64,000 nt of DNA from Macrostomum hystrix (lineage: Eukaryota > Animalia > Platyhelminthes), in NCBI GenBank assembly GCA_950097015.1, contig CATNEN010000008.1, positions 3,596,001 through 3,660,000 of the forward strand, given 5' to 3'. The translations under genes and the position numbers were made by a program. Within the stretch, counting starts at the first letter, position 1. The number at the start of each line of letters is the position of its first letter. Below are positions 1 to 11,404 of this stretch, in pieces. Under the pieces are notes generated by a model. That model was not told where the DNA came from and did no database searches. It was given only the letters and a program-made list of their open reading frames with translations.

Positions 1-699
1 CGCCTCAGTCACTAATCCTCTGTCACATTCTCACATCAGTCACTAATCCTCTGTCACATTCTCATCTCAGTCACTAATCCACTGTCACATTCTCGCCTCA
101 GTCACTAATCCTGTCACATTCTCACATCAGTCACTAATCCACTGTCACATTCTCATCTCAGTCACTAATCCACTGTCACATTCTCGCCTCAGTCACTAAT
201 CCTGTCACATTCTCACATCAGTCACTAATCCACTGTCACATTCTCATCTCAGTCACTAATCCACTGTCACATTCTCGCCTCAGTCACTAATCCACTGTCA
301 CATTCTCGCCTCAGTCACTAATCCTGTCACATTCTCACATCAGTCACTAATCCACTGTCACATTCTCATCTCAGTCACTAATCCACTGTCACATTCTCGC
401 CTCAGTCACTAATCCACTGTCACATTCTCGCCTCAGTCACTAATCCTGTCACATTCTCACATCAGTCACTAATCCACTGTCACATTCTCATCTCAGTCAC
501 TAATCCACTGTCACATTCTCGCCTCAGTCACTAATCCTCTGTCACATACTCACCTCAGTCACTAATCCACTGTCACATTCTCATCTCAGTCACTAATCCA
601 CTGTCACATTCTCACCTGAGTCACTAATCCACTGTCACATTCTCGCCTCAACACTAATCTACTGTCACATTCTCACCTCAGTCACTAATCCTGTCACAT
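1..699. repeat. Minisatellite, ~30-32 bp unit (cactgtcacattctcacctcagtcactaatc), runs off the window start
   Basis: Tandem units read directly; three variants (cacatcag, catctcag, cgcctcag) alternate. Confidence 0.95.
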
Positions 700-919
700 A
701 ACCCAGTGACTGTGATAAAAAGAAATACTTTAAAAAATGATTAGCATATTACACTTGTAATTTCCAAAATTTGAAGCACTTTTTTGTCTCGAGTTGAACT
801 TGAAAAATAAGTTTAGTATAATTATTGCATAATGACTTTGTTAAAACGATAGCAATGATATTCTATTGCGGAGTGATATTTTGAATTGCTTTTGGCTACG
901 CGAACTTCGCAATTTTTTC

Positions 920-1134
920 CATTACCCATCTCAAATCACCTGAGCAGTCATTACCCATCTCAAAATCACCTGAGCAGTCATTACCCATCTCAAAATCACC
1001 TGAGCAGTCATTACCCATCTCAAAATCACCTGAGCAGTCATTACCCATCTCAAATCACCTGAGCAGTCATTACCCATCTCAAAATCACCTGAGCAGTCAT
1101 TACCCATCTCAAATCACCTGAGCAGTCATTACCC
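920..1134. repeat. Minisatellite, 29-30 bp unit (cattacccatctcaaaatcacctgagcagt), ~7 copies
   Basis: Direct tandem repetition. Confidence 0.95.
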
Positions 1135-1287
1135 CTCTAAAATGAGTCATTAAATCGGGTCTTTTGGTTTTTTAAATATAAAAGCGTAGAATAAGATTCC
1201 CAAAATTTTGGGAGCTGGAATCTGACAGATATAGTGTCAGACAATCAAGTCCCATTGTCCATAATCCGATCTGTAGCTACTGGGTCG

Positions 1288-1748
1288 TCACATCCTCACA
1301 AAGGCCGGCTTTCCCGTCACGCGCTCGATGTAGTCCAGCTCGCGCTTCATCTGGCACAGGGCGCACGGCAGCGAGCAGCCGCTGGTGACGCAACAGTCGT
1401 CGATGGCTCCTCCGGCGATGCCGTGGGCGGCCCTCAGCTTGGTCCGATAGACCAGCGGGGCCGAGTGCCCGCACATGGCCAAGCAGATGGGCGCGCAGCA
1501 GCTCTCGCCCAGCCGAGGTGACAGGCAGCAGCACAGGTAGCAGGGCGCGCACCAGGCCACCAGGCAGCAGGAGCTCATGTCCTCGCAGCAGCCGCAGAGG
1601 CTGGTCGACCAGGTGCGAGGTCCGGGCTCGGCCGGCTGATTGGTGATCACGTTGGTCAGGTTCACCATCACTTGATCTCCCGACGGCTGATTGTAGCCTA
1701 TACGATACGGGTCCGTTTCATATGGTACCGGCTGCTGCTGCACCACCC

Positions 1749-1782
<34 letters not shown>

Positions 1783-1842
1783 ATTCTCATAATCAGCCAC
1801 TGTGTCGTACTTTGGCGGAGCGCTGGGAGTGTAAGAAGCCAT
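1288..1842 (-). CDS. PLAC8/cornifelin-family cysteine-rich protein, copy 1 (184 aa, single coding exon)
   Basis: ATG to TGA ORF with WSTSLCGCCEDMSSCCLVAWCAPC...LRAAHGIAGGAIDDCC...CALCQMKRELD, the PLAC8 domain pattern; poly-Q N-terminus; paralog at 16086-16625. Confidence 0.92.
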
Positions 1843-1926
1843 AATCCCACCTGTGACGCAGAGGGTAATGTGTCGCTTGATCCATTCCTGATCATTTCGT
1901 CTGTCACTGCAACATCCTTCTCTGTG

Positions 1927-2087
1927 TCACCCTGCTTCTCACAGTCTCACCCTGCTTCTCACAGTCTCACCCTGCTTCTCACAGTCTCACCCTGCTTCTC
2001 AGTCTCACCCTGCTTCTCACAGTCTCACCCTGCTTCTCACAGTCTCACCCTGCTTCTCACAGTCTCACCCTGCTTCTCTCAGTCTCT
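1927..2087. repeat. Minisatellite, 20 bp unit (tcaccctgcttctcacagtc)
   Basis: Direct tandem repetition. Confidence 0.9.
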
Positions 2088-2097
2088 TGCCCCAAAG

Positions 2098-2906
2098 CCC
2101 CTGTACTTCAGTGTCAGTCAACTACTAACACTCTGTACTTCAGTGTCAGTCACCTACTAACCCTCTGTACTTCAGTGTCAGTCACCTACTAACCCTCTGT
2201 ACTTCAGTGTCAGTCACCTACTAACCCTCTGTACTTCAGTGTCAGTCACCTACTAACCCTCTGTACTTCAGTGTCAGCTACCTACTAACCCTCTGTACTT
2301 CAGTGTCAGTCAACTACTAACCCTCTGTACTTCAGTGTCAGCTACCTACTAACCCTCTGTACTTCAGTGTCAGCTACCTACTAACCCTCTGTACTTCAGT
2401 GTCAGCTACGTACTAACCCTCTGTACTTCAGTGTCAGCTACGTACTAACCCTCTACTTCAGTGTCAGTCACCTACTAACCCTCTACTTCAGTGTCAGTCA
2501 CCTACTAACCCTCTGTACTTCAGTGTCAGCTACCTACTAACCCTCTGTACTTCAGTGTCAGCTACGTACTAACCCTCTACTTCAGTGTCAGTCACCTACT
2601 AACCCTCTGTACTTCAGTGTCAGTCACCTACTAACCCTCTGTACTTCAGTGTCAGCTACCTACTAACCCTCTGTACTTCAGTGTCAGTCAACTACTAACC
2701 CTCTTTACTTCAGTGTCAGCTACCTACTAACCCTCTGTACTTCAGTGTCAGCTACCTACTAACCCTCTGTACTTCAGTGTCAGCTACGTACTAACCCTCT
2801 ACTTCAGTGTCAGTCACCTACTAACCCTCTGTACTTCAGTGTCAGCTACCTACTAACACTCTGTACTTCAGTGTCAGCTAGCTACTAACCCTCTGTACTT
2901 CAGCTA
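2098..2906. repeat. Minisatellite, ~32 bp unit (ctctgtacttcagtgtcagtcacctactaacc), ~25 copies
   Basis: Direct tandem repetition with variants. Confidence 0.95.
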
Positions 2907-3273
2907 CTCACTATTTGAAAATACGAATCCAGCTCGCAGACTCACCGCAAATTCCCGAAAGCTTAAATAAAAGAATATGCTTTTAAAGACGCTCTCTTGC
3001 TGTAGCAATAGGACTAATATTTTCTGGTCTTACAGTTTCTCATTCTAGTTGGCTTTATTTAGTGAGAGAGATGCTTTGTTAGAACCAAAGCACCAGCTAG
3101 AAAATTTCCTAGAAATTTAGAGGAACCAATCCTTGCGTACAGTGATATTCATACACTCACGGAGTGTACACTGCATGTACGAACACTCCCGCATGCCACC
3201 TAGCAGGGGCATGAACGCTGCATACGTGCTAATACCTACCTACTGGCCTAGAATCAGGCCAGCGTTCAGCTCG

Positions 3274-6200
3274 CGGCCGCCGGCTAGCCGACACTTCCAC
3301 TAGTCAAAAAATACTCGGCTAGCCGGGTGAACCCATGTGGACCCTCGGGGGGCTAGCCGTACTGGCGGTGGACTTGGGGGGAATTCCGATAAATGTTACA
3401 TGAATCATGCTACTCGTCTACTGCAAGTAAAAAGTATAAAATATGAAGTATGTAACCCACGTGCATGTAGTAAGATAACTATACAAATAATTTATTTCCA
3501 AACATAGCTCGTATAGGCAAGCAAACCACATTTCATACTAATTAATACTGTAATACAATACAACTTAAGCTGAATTAGTTCCGATGGGAGTTACTGATTA
3601 AGTGCATTTTACATGTAAATAGATAATATGACGCTTTTTCTATCGTGCTAAGTAAGAACCAATAAGTGATCACCCCGTCTCAAACAACTGATTATTTCCA
3701 ACTTAACAGTGAGGGCATAATGGCTTATCGGAAGCCAGAACTACAATTACAACACATCTAATGTAGAACAAAATGGCTATAAAACTAAATAATTAGTGAA
3801 CATTGAGTGTCACAATGAAATATAGGATCAAAAGAAATTAAACATTAAAAAATTAGGAACAAAAAGGATTCGAACTCTCGAAACTCCTAGAAAAAGAGCT
3901 CTCTCGAACAACACGCCACACAATAACGCCTAAATGAGCAGAAAAAGACGAATTTATACAGGCTAATAATACTAAATTCAAAACCAAATCATATTTATGG
4001 TACTTTTATTTTACGCCATATTACTTGGTTGCTGGATTTTATTGGCTAGCTTTTTAACAGCAGCTAAATGGAAAAATTAAATTAAAGCTTCTTTACCCAG
4101 CTCACCAACCCTAAAAATAGGCTTTTCATTCAACCCATTCTCCCCCACTTCCTTCTACCCCTCCACTTCCTTCTACCCCTCCACTTCAATCTACAACTCC
4201 GCCTCCATCCGATCCACCCCTCCACTTACTTCTTCCCCGGCACTTCCTTCTACACCTCCACTTCCTTCTACCCCTCCACTTCCTTCTAGCCCTCCACTTC
4301 CTTCTAGCCCTCCACTTCCTTCTAGCCCTCCACTTCCTTCTAGCCCTCCACTTCCTTCTAGCCCTCCACTTCCCTCTAACTCTCCACTTCCTTCTTCCCC
4401 TCCATTTCCTTCTAGCCCCCCACTTCCTTCTAGCCCTCCACTTCCTTCTAGCCCTCCACTTCCTTCTAGCCCTCCACTTCCTTCTAGCCCTCCACTTCCT
4501 TCTAGCCCTCCACTTCCTTCTAGCCCTCCACTTCCTTCTAGCCCTCCACTTCCTTCTAGCCCTCCACTTCCTTCTAGCCCTCCACTTCCTTCTAGCCCTC
4601 CACTTCCTTCTAGCCCTCCACTTCCTTCTAGCCCTCCACTTCCTTCTAGCCCTCCACTTCCCTCTAACTCTCCACTTCCTTCTTCCCCTCCATTTCCTTC
4701 TAGCCCCCCACTTCCTTCTACCCCTCCACTTCCTTCTACCCCTCCACTTCAATCTACAACTCCGCCTCCATCCGATCCACCCCTCCACTTACTTCTTCCC
4801 CGGCACTTCCTTCTACACCTCCACTTCCTTCTACCCCTCCACTTCCTTCTAGCCCTCCACTTCCTTCTAGCCCTCCACTTCCTTCTAGCCCTCCACTTCC
4901 TTCTAGCCCTCCACTTCCTTCTAGCCCTCCACTTCCTTCTAGCCCTCCACTTCCTTCTAGCCCTCCACTTCCTTCTAGCCCTCCACTTCCTTCTAGCCCT
5001 CCACTTCCTTCTAGCCCTCCACCTCCTTCTAGCCCTCCACTTCCTTCTAGCCCTCCACTTCCCTCTAACTCTCCACTTCCTTCTTCCCCTCCATTTCCTT
5101 CTAGCCCCCCACTTCCTTCTACCCCTCCACTTCCTTCTACCCCTCCACTTCAATCTACAACTCCGCCTCCATCCGATCCACCCCTCCACTTACTTCTTCC
5201 CCGGCACTTCCTTCTACACCTCCACTTCCTTCTACCCCTCCACTTCCTTCTAGCCCTCCACTTCCTTCTAGCCCTCCACTTCCTTCTAGCCCTCCACTTC
5301 CTTCTAGCCCTCCACTTCCTTCTAGCCCTCCACTTCCTTCTAGCCCTCCACTTCCTTCTAGCCCTCCACTTCCCTCTAACTCTCCACTTCCTTCTTCCCC
5401 TCCATTTCCTTCTAGCCCCCCACTTCCTTCTAGCCATCCACTTCCTTCTACTCCTCCACTTCCTTCTTCCCCTCCACTTCCCTCTAACTCTCCACTTCCT
5501 TCTACTCCTCCACTTCCTTCTACCCCTCCACTTCAATCTACAACTCCGCCTCCATCCGATCCACCCCTCCACTTACTTCTTCCCCGGCACTTCCTTCTAC
5601 ACCTCCACTTCCTTCAACCCCTCCACTTCCTTCTAGCCCTCCACTTCCTTCTAGCCCTCCACTTCCTTCAACCACTCCACCTACCGCTTCTGCCCCACTT
5701 CCTTCTACCCCCCACTTCCTTCTTCCCCTCCACTTCCTTCTAGCCCTCCACTTCCTTCTAGCCCTCCACTTCCTTCTAGCCCTCCACTTCCTTCTAGCCC
5801 TCCACTTCCTTCTAGCCCTCCACTTCCCTCTAACTCTCCACTTCCTTCTTCCCCTCCATTTCCTTCTAGCCCCCCACTTCCTTCTAGCCATCCACTTCCT
5901 TCTACTCCTCCACTTCCTTCTTCCCCTCCACTTCCCTCTAACTCTCCACTTCCTTCTACTCCTCCACTTCCTTCTACCCCTCCACTTCAATCTACAACTC
6001 CGCCTCCATCCGATCCACCCCTCCACTTACTTCTTCCCCGGCACTTCCTTCTACACCTCCACTTCCTTCAACCCCTCCACTTCCTTCTAGCCCTCCACTT
6101 CCTTCTAGCCCTCCACTTCCTTCTACCCCTCCACTTCCTTCTAGCCCTCCACTTCCTTCTAGCCCTCCACTTCCCTCTAACTCTCCACTTCCTTCTTCCC

Positions 6201-8246
6201 CTCCATTTCCTTCTAGCCCCCCACTTCCTTCTAGCCATCCACTTCCTTCTACTCCTCCACTTCCTTCTTCCCCTCCACTTCCCTCTAACTCTCCACTTCC
6301 TTCTACCCCTCCACTTCCTTCTACCCCTCTACTTCCTTCTACCCCTCCACTTCCTTCTTCCCCTCCACTACCTTCTACCCCTACACTTCCTTCTGCCCCT
6401 CCACTTCCTTCTACCACTCCACCTACCGCTTCTGCCCCACTTCCTTCTACCCCCCCACTTCCTTCTTCCCCTCCACTTCCTTCTAGCCCTCCACTTCCTT
6501 CTAGCCCTCCACTTCCTTCTAGCCCTCCACTTCCTTCTAGCCCTCCACTTCCTTCTAGCCCTCCACTTCCCTCTAACTCTCCACTTCCTTCTTCCCCTCC
6601 ATTTCCTTCTAGCCCCCCACTTCCTTCTAGCCATCCACTTCCTTCTACTCCTCCACTTCCTTCTTCCCCTCCACTTCCCTCTAACTCTCCACTTCCTTCT
6701 ACTCCTCCACTTCCTTCTACCCCTCCACTTCAATCTACAACTCCGCCTCCATCCGATCCACCCCTCCACTTACTTCTTCCCCGGCACTTCCTTCTACACC
6801 TCCACTTCCTTCAACCCCTCCACTTCCTTCTAGCCCTCCACTTCCTTCAACCACTCCACCTACCGCTTCTGCCCCACTTCCTTCTACCCCCCACTTCCTT
6901 CTTCCCCTCCACTTCCTTCTAGCCCTCCACTTCCTTCTAGCCCTCCACTTCCTTCTAGCCCTCCACTTCCTTCTAGCCCTCCACTTCCTTCTAGCCCTCC
7001 ACTTCCCTCTAACTCTCCACTTCCTTCTTCCCCTCCATTTCCTTCTAGCCCCCCACTTCCTTCTAGCCATCCACTTCCTTCTACTCCTCCACTTCCTTCT
7101 TCCCCTCCACTTCCCTCTAACTCTCCACTTCCTTCTACTCCTCCACTTCCTTCTACCCCTCCACTTCAATCTACAACTCCGCCTCCATCCGATCCACCCC
7201 TCCACTTACTTCTTCCCCGGCACTTCCTTCTACACCTCCACTTCCTTCAACCCCTCCACTTCCTTCTAGCCCTCCACTTCCTTCTAGCCCTCCACTTCCT
7301 TCTACCCCTCCACTTCCTTCTAGCCCTCCACTTCCTTCTAGCCCTCCACTTCCCTCTAACTCTCCACTTCCTTCTTCCCCTCCATTTCCTTCTAGCCCCC
7401 CACTTCCTTCTAGCCATCCACTTCCTTCTACTCCTCCACTTCCTTCTTCCCCTCCACTTCCCTCTAACTCTCCACTTCCTTCTACCCCTCCACTTCCTTC
7501 TACCCCTCTACTTCCTTCTACCCCTCCACTTCCTTCTTCCCCTCCACTACCTTCTACCCCTACACTTCCTTCTGCCCCTCCACTTCCTTCTACCACTCCA
7601 CCTACCGCTTCTGCCCCACTTCCTTCTACCCCTCCACTTCCTTCTGCCCCTCCACTTCCTTCTAGCCCTCCACTTCCTTCTTCCCCTCCACTTCCTTCTT
7701 CCCCTCCACTTCCTTCTTCCCCTCCACTTCCTTCTGCCCCTCCACTTCCTTCTAGCCCTCCACCTACTGCTTCTGCCCCTCTTCCTTCTACCCCTCCACT
7801 AAGCCATTATGCCCTCACTGTTAAGTTGGAAATAATCAGTTGTTTGAGACGGGGTGATCACTTATTGGTTCTTACTTAGCACGATAGAAAAAGCGTCATA
7901 TTATCTATTTACATGTAAAATGCACTTAATCAGTAACTCCCATCTGAACTAATTCAGCTTAAGTTGTATTGTATTACAGTATTAATTAGTATGAAATGTG
8001 GTTTGCTTGCCTATATGTTTGGAAATAAATTATTTATATAGTTATCTTACTACATGCACGTGGGTTACATACTTCATATTTTATACTTTTTACTTGCAGT
8101 AGACGAGTAGCATGATTCATGTAACATTTATCGGAATTCCCCCCAAGTCCACCGCCAGTACGGCTAGCCCCCCGTGGGTCCACATGGGTTCACCCGGCTA
8201 GCCGAGTATTTTTTGACTAGTGGAAGTGTCGGCTAGCCGGCGGCCG
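3274..8246. mobile_element. Foldback-like structure: ~450-bp inverted arms (3274-3727 and 7800-8246) enclosing an AT-rich spacer and a 3.7-kb minisatellite
   Basis: The right arm is the reverse complement of the left arm with few substitutions and one 7-bp indel (agctcgt). No TSD or transposase seen, so mobility is inferred only. Confidence 0.6.
4142..7799. repeat. Pyrimidine-rich 18-bp minisatellite (ccctccacttccttctag) with higher-order blocks
   Basis: 18-bp units; a marker (caatctacaactccgcctccatccgatcc) recurs at 4187, 4750, 5151, 5534, 5988, 6731 and 7167. Confidence 0.95.
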
Positions 8247-8625
8247 TTAGATGACGTATGAGTTTTTTCTTTAGAATTTCCTATGTTGTGATTAATATTA
8301 TTATTGCAACAAGCTTATATTGGCTTAAAAAGTGCGATCACTGAAGCACGCCATTAATAAGAGTTTTCTACATGTTTAGCTACTTTGCGTTTAAAATAAT
8401 TTTCTGCGTCACATCATTTTAAGTTGCTGGTGTTTATTTGCTCACTAGCAAATGTTAATATTCATAAAACTTATTTTAGCCTTTACACGACTGCTTCAGC
8501 TATGGCTCACAAACAACCATTCTCGACCATCATCGGACGATAAAATTTTTGTTTTTAATTTCTTTGATTCTTTCACACCAGGAAGCTGCAGAAGCGAACT
8601 GGCTTGTTATTTAATCTCCTATCTT

Positions 8626-8927
8626 TGTGTTGTTTACGCTCGAGCGCCCTCTCACTGTACTTTCTCACTTCTCCCTCTATCTGTTCAACTTCTAATTCTA
8701 ACCTTCACTTATCTCTTCTCTCTGATTTGCTTATCAAAAAGGGGGCTGAAGCGTAAAATGAGTAAGACTGGCTTGAGGGTAAGAGATGAAAAGGAGGAGA
8801 CGAACAGTTAGCCAATCAGAGACGAGGGAAAGAAAACAGAAGGGACGGTCAGATAAGAAGTTGAACAAACAGAGGAGAGAGGAGAGGAGAAAGTACAGTT
8901 AGAGGGCGCTCGAGCGTAAACAACACA
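8626..8927. mobile_element. MITE-like ~300-bp element with long imperfect inverted repeats
   Basis: tgtgttgtttacgctcgagcgccctctcactgtactttctc at 8626 is matched with one mismatch by its reverse complement ending at 8927; degenerate complementarity continues ~60 bp inward; no TSD seen. Confidence 0.55.
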
Positions 8928-9685
8928 CCCACACCGGAGGTCCAGTGTTATCCCGGTCATCATTTGATCTGTTGTATGCCTTTCATACCAATTGTTTTGA
9001 TGTAAATGTGCCGCATTAACCACATAGTTTCTTATGCTCAGTGCTTGGTGGGGGTGAGGGGACGCAGCCAGTTTCTAGAACAGGTATAGTGCAACATATG
9101 CAACAAAGGGGACTAGTTAGTCGGTATGTATACCAAGAGCATTAGCTGAGCGGCGAAGTTTTCCTTACTGTGCACTTTCTTCCCCACAGTCCTTTTGTCC
9201 ACTGCTCTTCGGGCACCACCCTGTTGTTCTCCGGTTCTCATGTGAGGGGTCTGCCGGGGGCCTGTTTTGTCCCGTCGCCAACAGCCTCTGGGGTGTTGTC
9301 GATCGAATTCCATTCTACAGCTCGTCCCCTGACACCGGTTCCAGCCGGTTCCAGCCGGTTCCAGCCGTGTTGCTCTGAAATGAAATGAAAAGATGGGCTT
9401 GGGCTCGTCCTTATCTTTCCTCTGCGTACGAGCGTAGATTGCTTTCCATATTTTCCTGCAGATCGCGAATGTACAAATGTAATTGGATTCATTTCTTCGA
9501 CTCGATTTCTTCAGCTCCCTTGTGTCTGCGTATTGTCTATGGCAAAAGATCCAATATTTAGGACTCAAAGATGCTTTCAAAAATAAAAACAAAAACACTT
9601 TTGTCTTCCAAAAGCACAAATGGATAGATTAAGAGATATGTGCTGATGTAGAAAAAGTCGCGTGTGTACTCCAGCACAGTAAGAG

Positions 9686-11262
9686 ATGATGAACAAGAAA
9701 CAGATAAGCGGCTCTCCTGGCCTAGTGGAAAAGGCCAGCTGTTCGATGCCCGACCCAACGGCGAGCAAGGACGCTAGGTCCGCTGTTAGCAGGGAGCGCG
9801 TCATTTATTTCTCATTCTTCATCCAGTCGCAGCTCAGCGAGCTATTCACAAACTCCAAGGAGGACAAGAGGATCCTGAAGATCGAGATCACCTGTCATTG
9901 CCTGTTCCGTCTGTCGGGCGCGTTCACCGGTATGCCCCAGTTTAATCTTGTTGAGGCTTTCCTGGATGAACGCTTTGGAAACTTCGAAGGCTGTGTGCAC
10001 ATGCTGGAGGCCGTTTTCAAAGGCGTCGGCTGTAGCTTCATCCTGAATCGCACCATCAACATGAACCTGCAACCGAACGGCAGCTGCGACTACAGCTATC
10101 ACTACAATGCTCTGAACCGATTGAACCCACACATAACCGACGAGACAGTGCCAGCCAACTGCCTGCAGAGAGAGCTGGTCACATCTGGCCAGTCCGACTC
10201 CATATTCAGCAGCTTCTCAGTGACAAACTCCACTGTTAGTCGACTGTTCAAGGAGCTGGAGAGTGACATTCCCGGCGGATGGGGCGGCGACACATCGATT
10301 ATGTCTCGTAAGAGCCTCAAGGACTTCGTCGGCAGGGAGGCCGCCGTTCAACAACTAGAAGGATTGGCTCTCAAAAACTATGGATTTGTCATTGAGGAGA
10401 TGTTCTTCGAGGCGCTGACAAGTGAGGTCAGCTCGGCGATGTGGCGATGCAGAGTGCGAAGAACTTGCGCAGACCTGCTGGAAACTGCAGTGCAAGAACT
10501 GCTGACGGACAGCTGCCTAGTGACCCAGTCGGTCTGTCTGCTGGCCGATAGTATTTTGGAGCCAGAAACTCTCATCGATCAGATCTGCACAGACTGCCTG
10601 AGCGATAACTTCACCGTGGTTTACAACAGCGCAGCCAACTCTGCGCACCACTGCGCGAATAATAACAGCACCTGCTGCGGCTTTGACTACGAAATCGACA
10701 GCAAGCAAGTCGTTGAAGAGGAGGGCGACAGTACTACGGACGTATCCGAGTCGCTACTTGACGAAAACTGGTCTGTGGGCCGTCGGATGCCACTGCCGCC
10801 GATGCAGCAAGTAGCAACAAGAGAGTTTATCTCAATGACTTCTTTTCGATTCGAGCAGTTGTTCTACAGCTGGTGCGCGTTCATAGTAGAGGAGGCCTGC
10901 GTTGAGACATTGGTTGAGTTAGTCTCTCAGCGCCTAATCGTGGCAATGTACAAAACCAGTCGATCGAAGTCCCAGTTCGAATGTCGCATTGTGAAGACGT
11001 TTGCTCGATTTGGCCGAGCCTTTGGCCAGCTAGAGTCCACGACTGCAGAGCCAGAACTAACAGACATTATAAGCGGCTTTTTCGCCTGCGTCGCGGACAC
11101 CCTCGACGACCCGGACGCTCGGGGAAGCTTCGGGCAAACCTCTGATCTGGTGATGGCAGTGCAAGAATCGATCGAGATGGATGAAGCTGAAAACAACGGC
11201 GAAAGTTCCAGAGGCAGGCAGCTTTTAAAAACTGCCCGGACAACCTTTCAGCAAGCAGTCAG
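9686..11262 (+). CDS. Uncharacterised protein, exon 1 (or, read through to 11314, a stand-alone 542-aa ORF)
   Basis: Long, non-repetitive, GC-rich ORF; candidate donor AG|GTCAGA at 11263 (phase 2). No family recognised. Confidence 0.75.
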
Positions 11263-11404
11263 GTCAGAAGGCCAAGATAATGCGATAGTGCCCAGATGTA
11301 CCCCGAGCTTTTAAAAACGAGTTCATTTTCAAATCGAAGTGCAAGCACCACAATTTAGTCAGTTTTTCGTTACGTAAACTTTATTTTCCGTCAAATGTTT
11401 TCAG

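Noticed and set aside
4186-7596. ORFs encoding (WRARRK)n or (EGSGGL)n as a protamine-like or adhesive protein
   Set aside because: They are translations of the 18-bp array; frames are broken at every marker block and no flanking exons or real starts were found.
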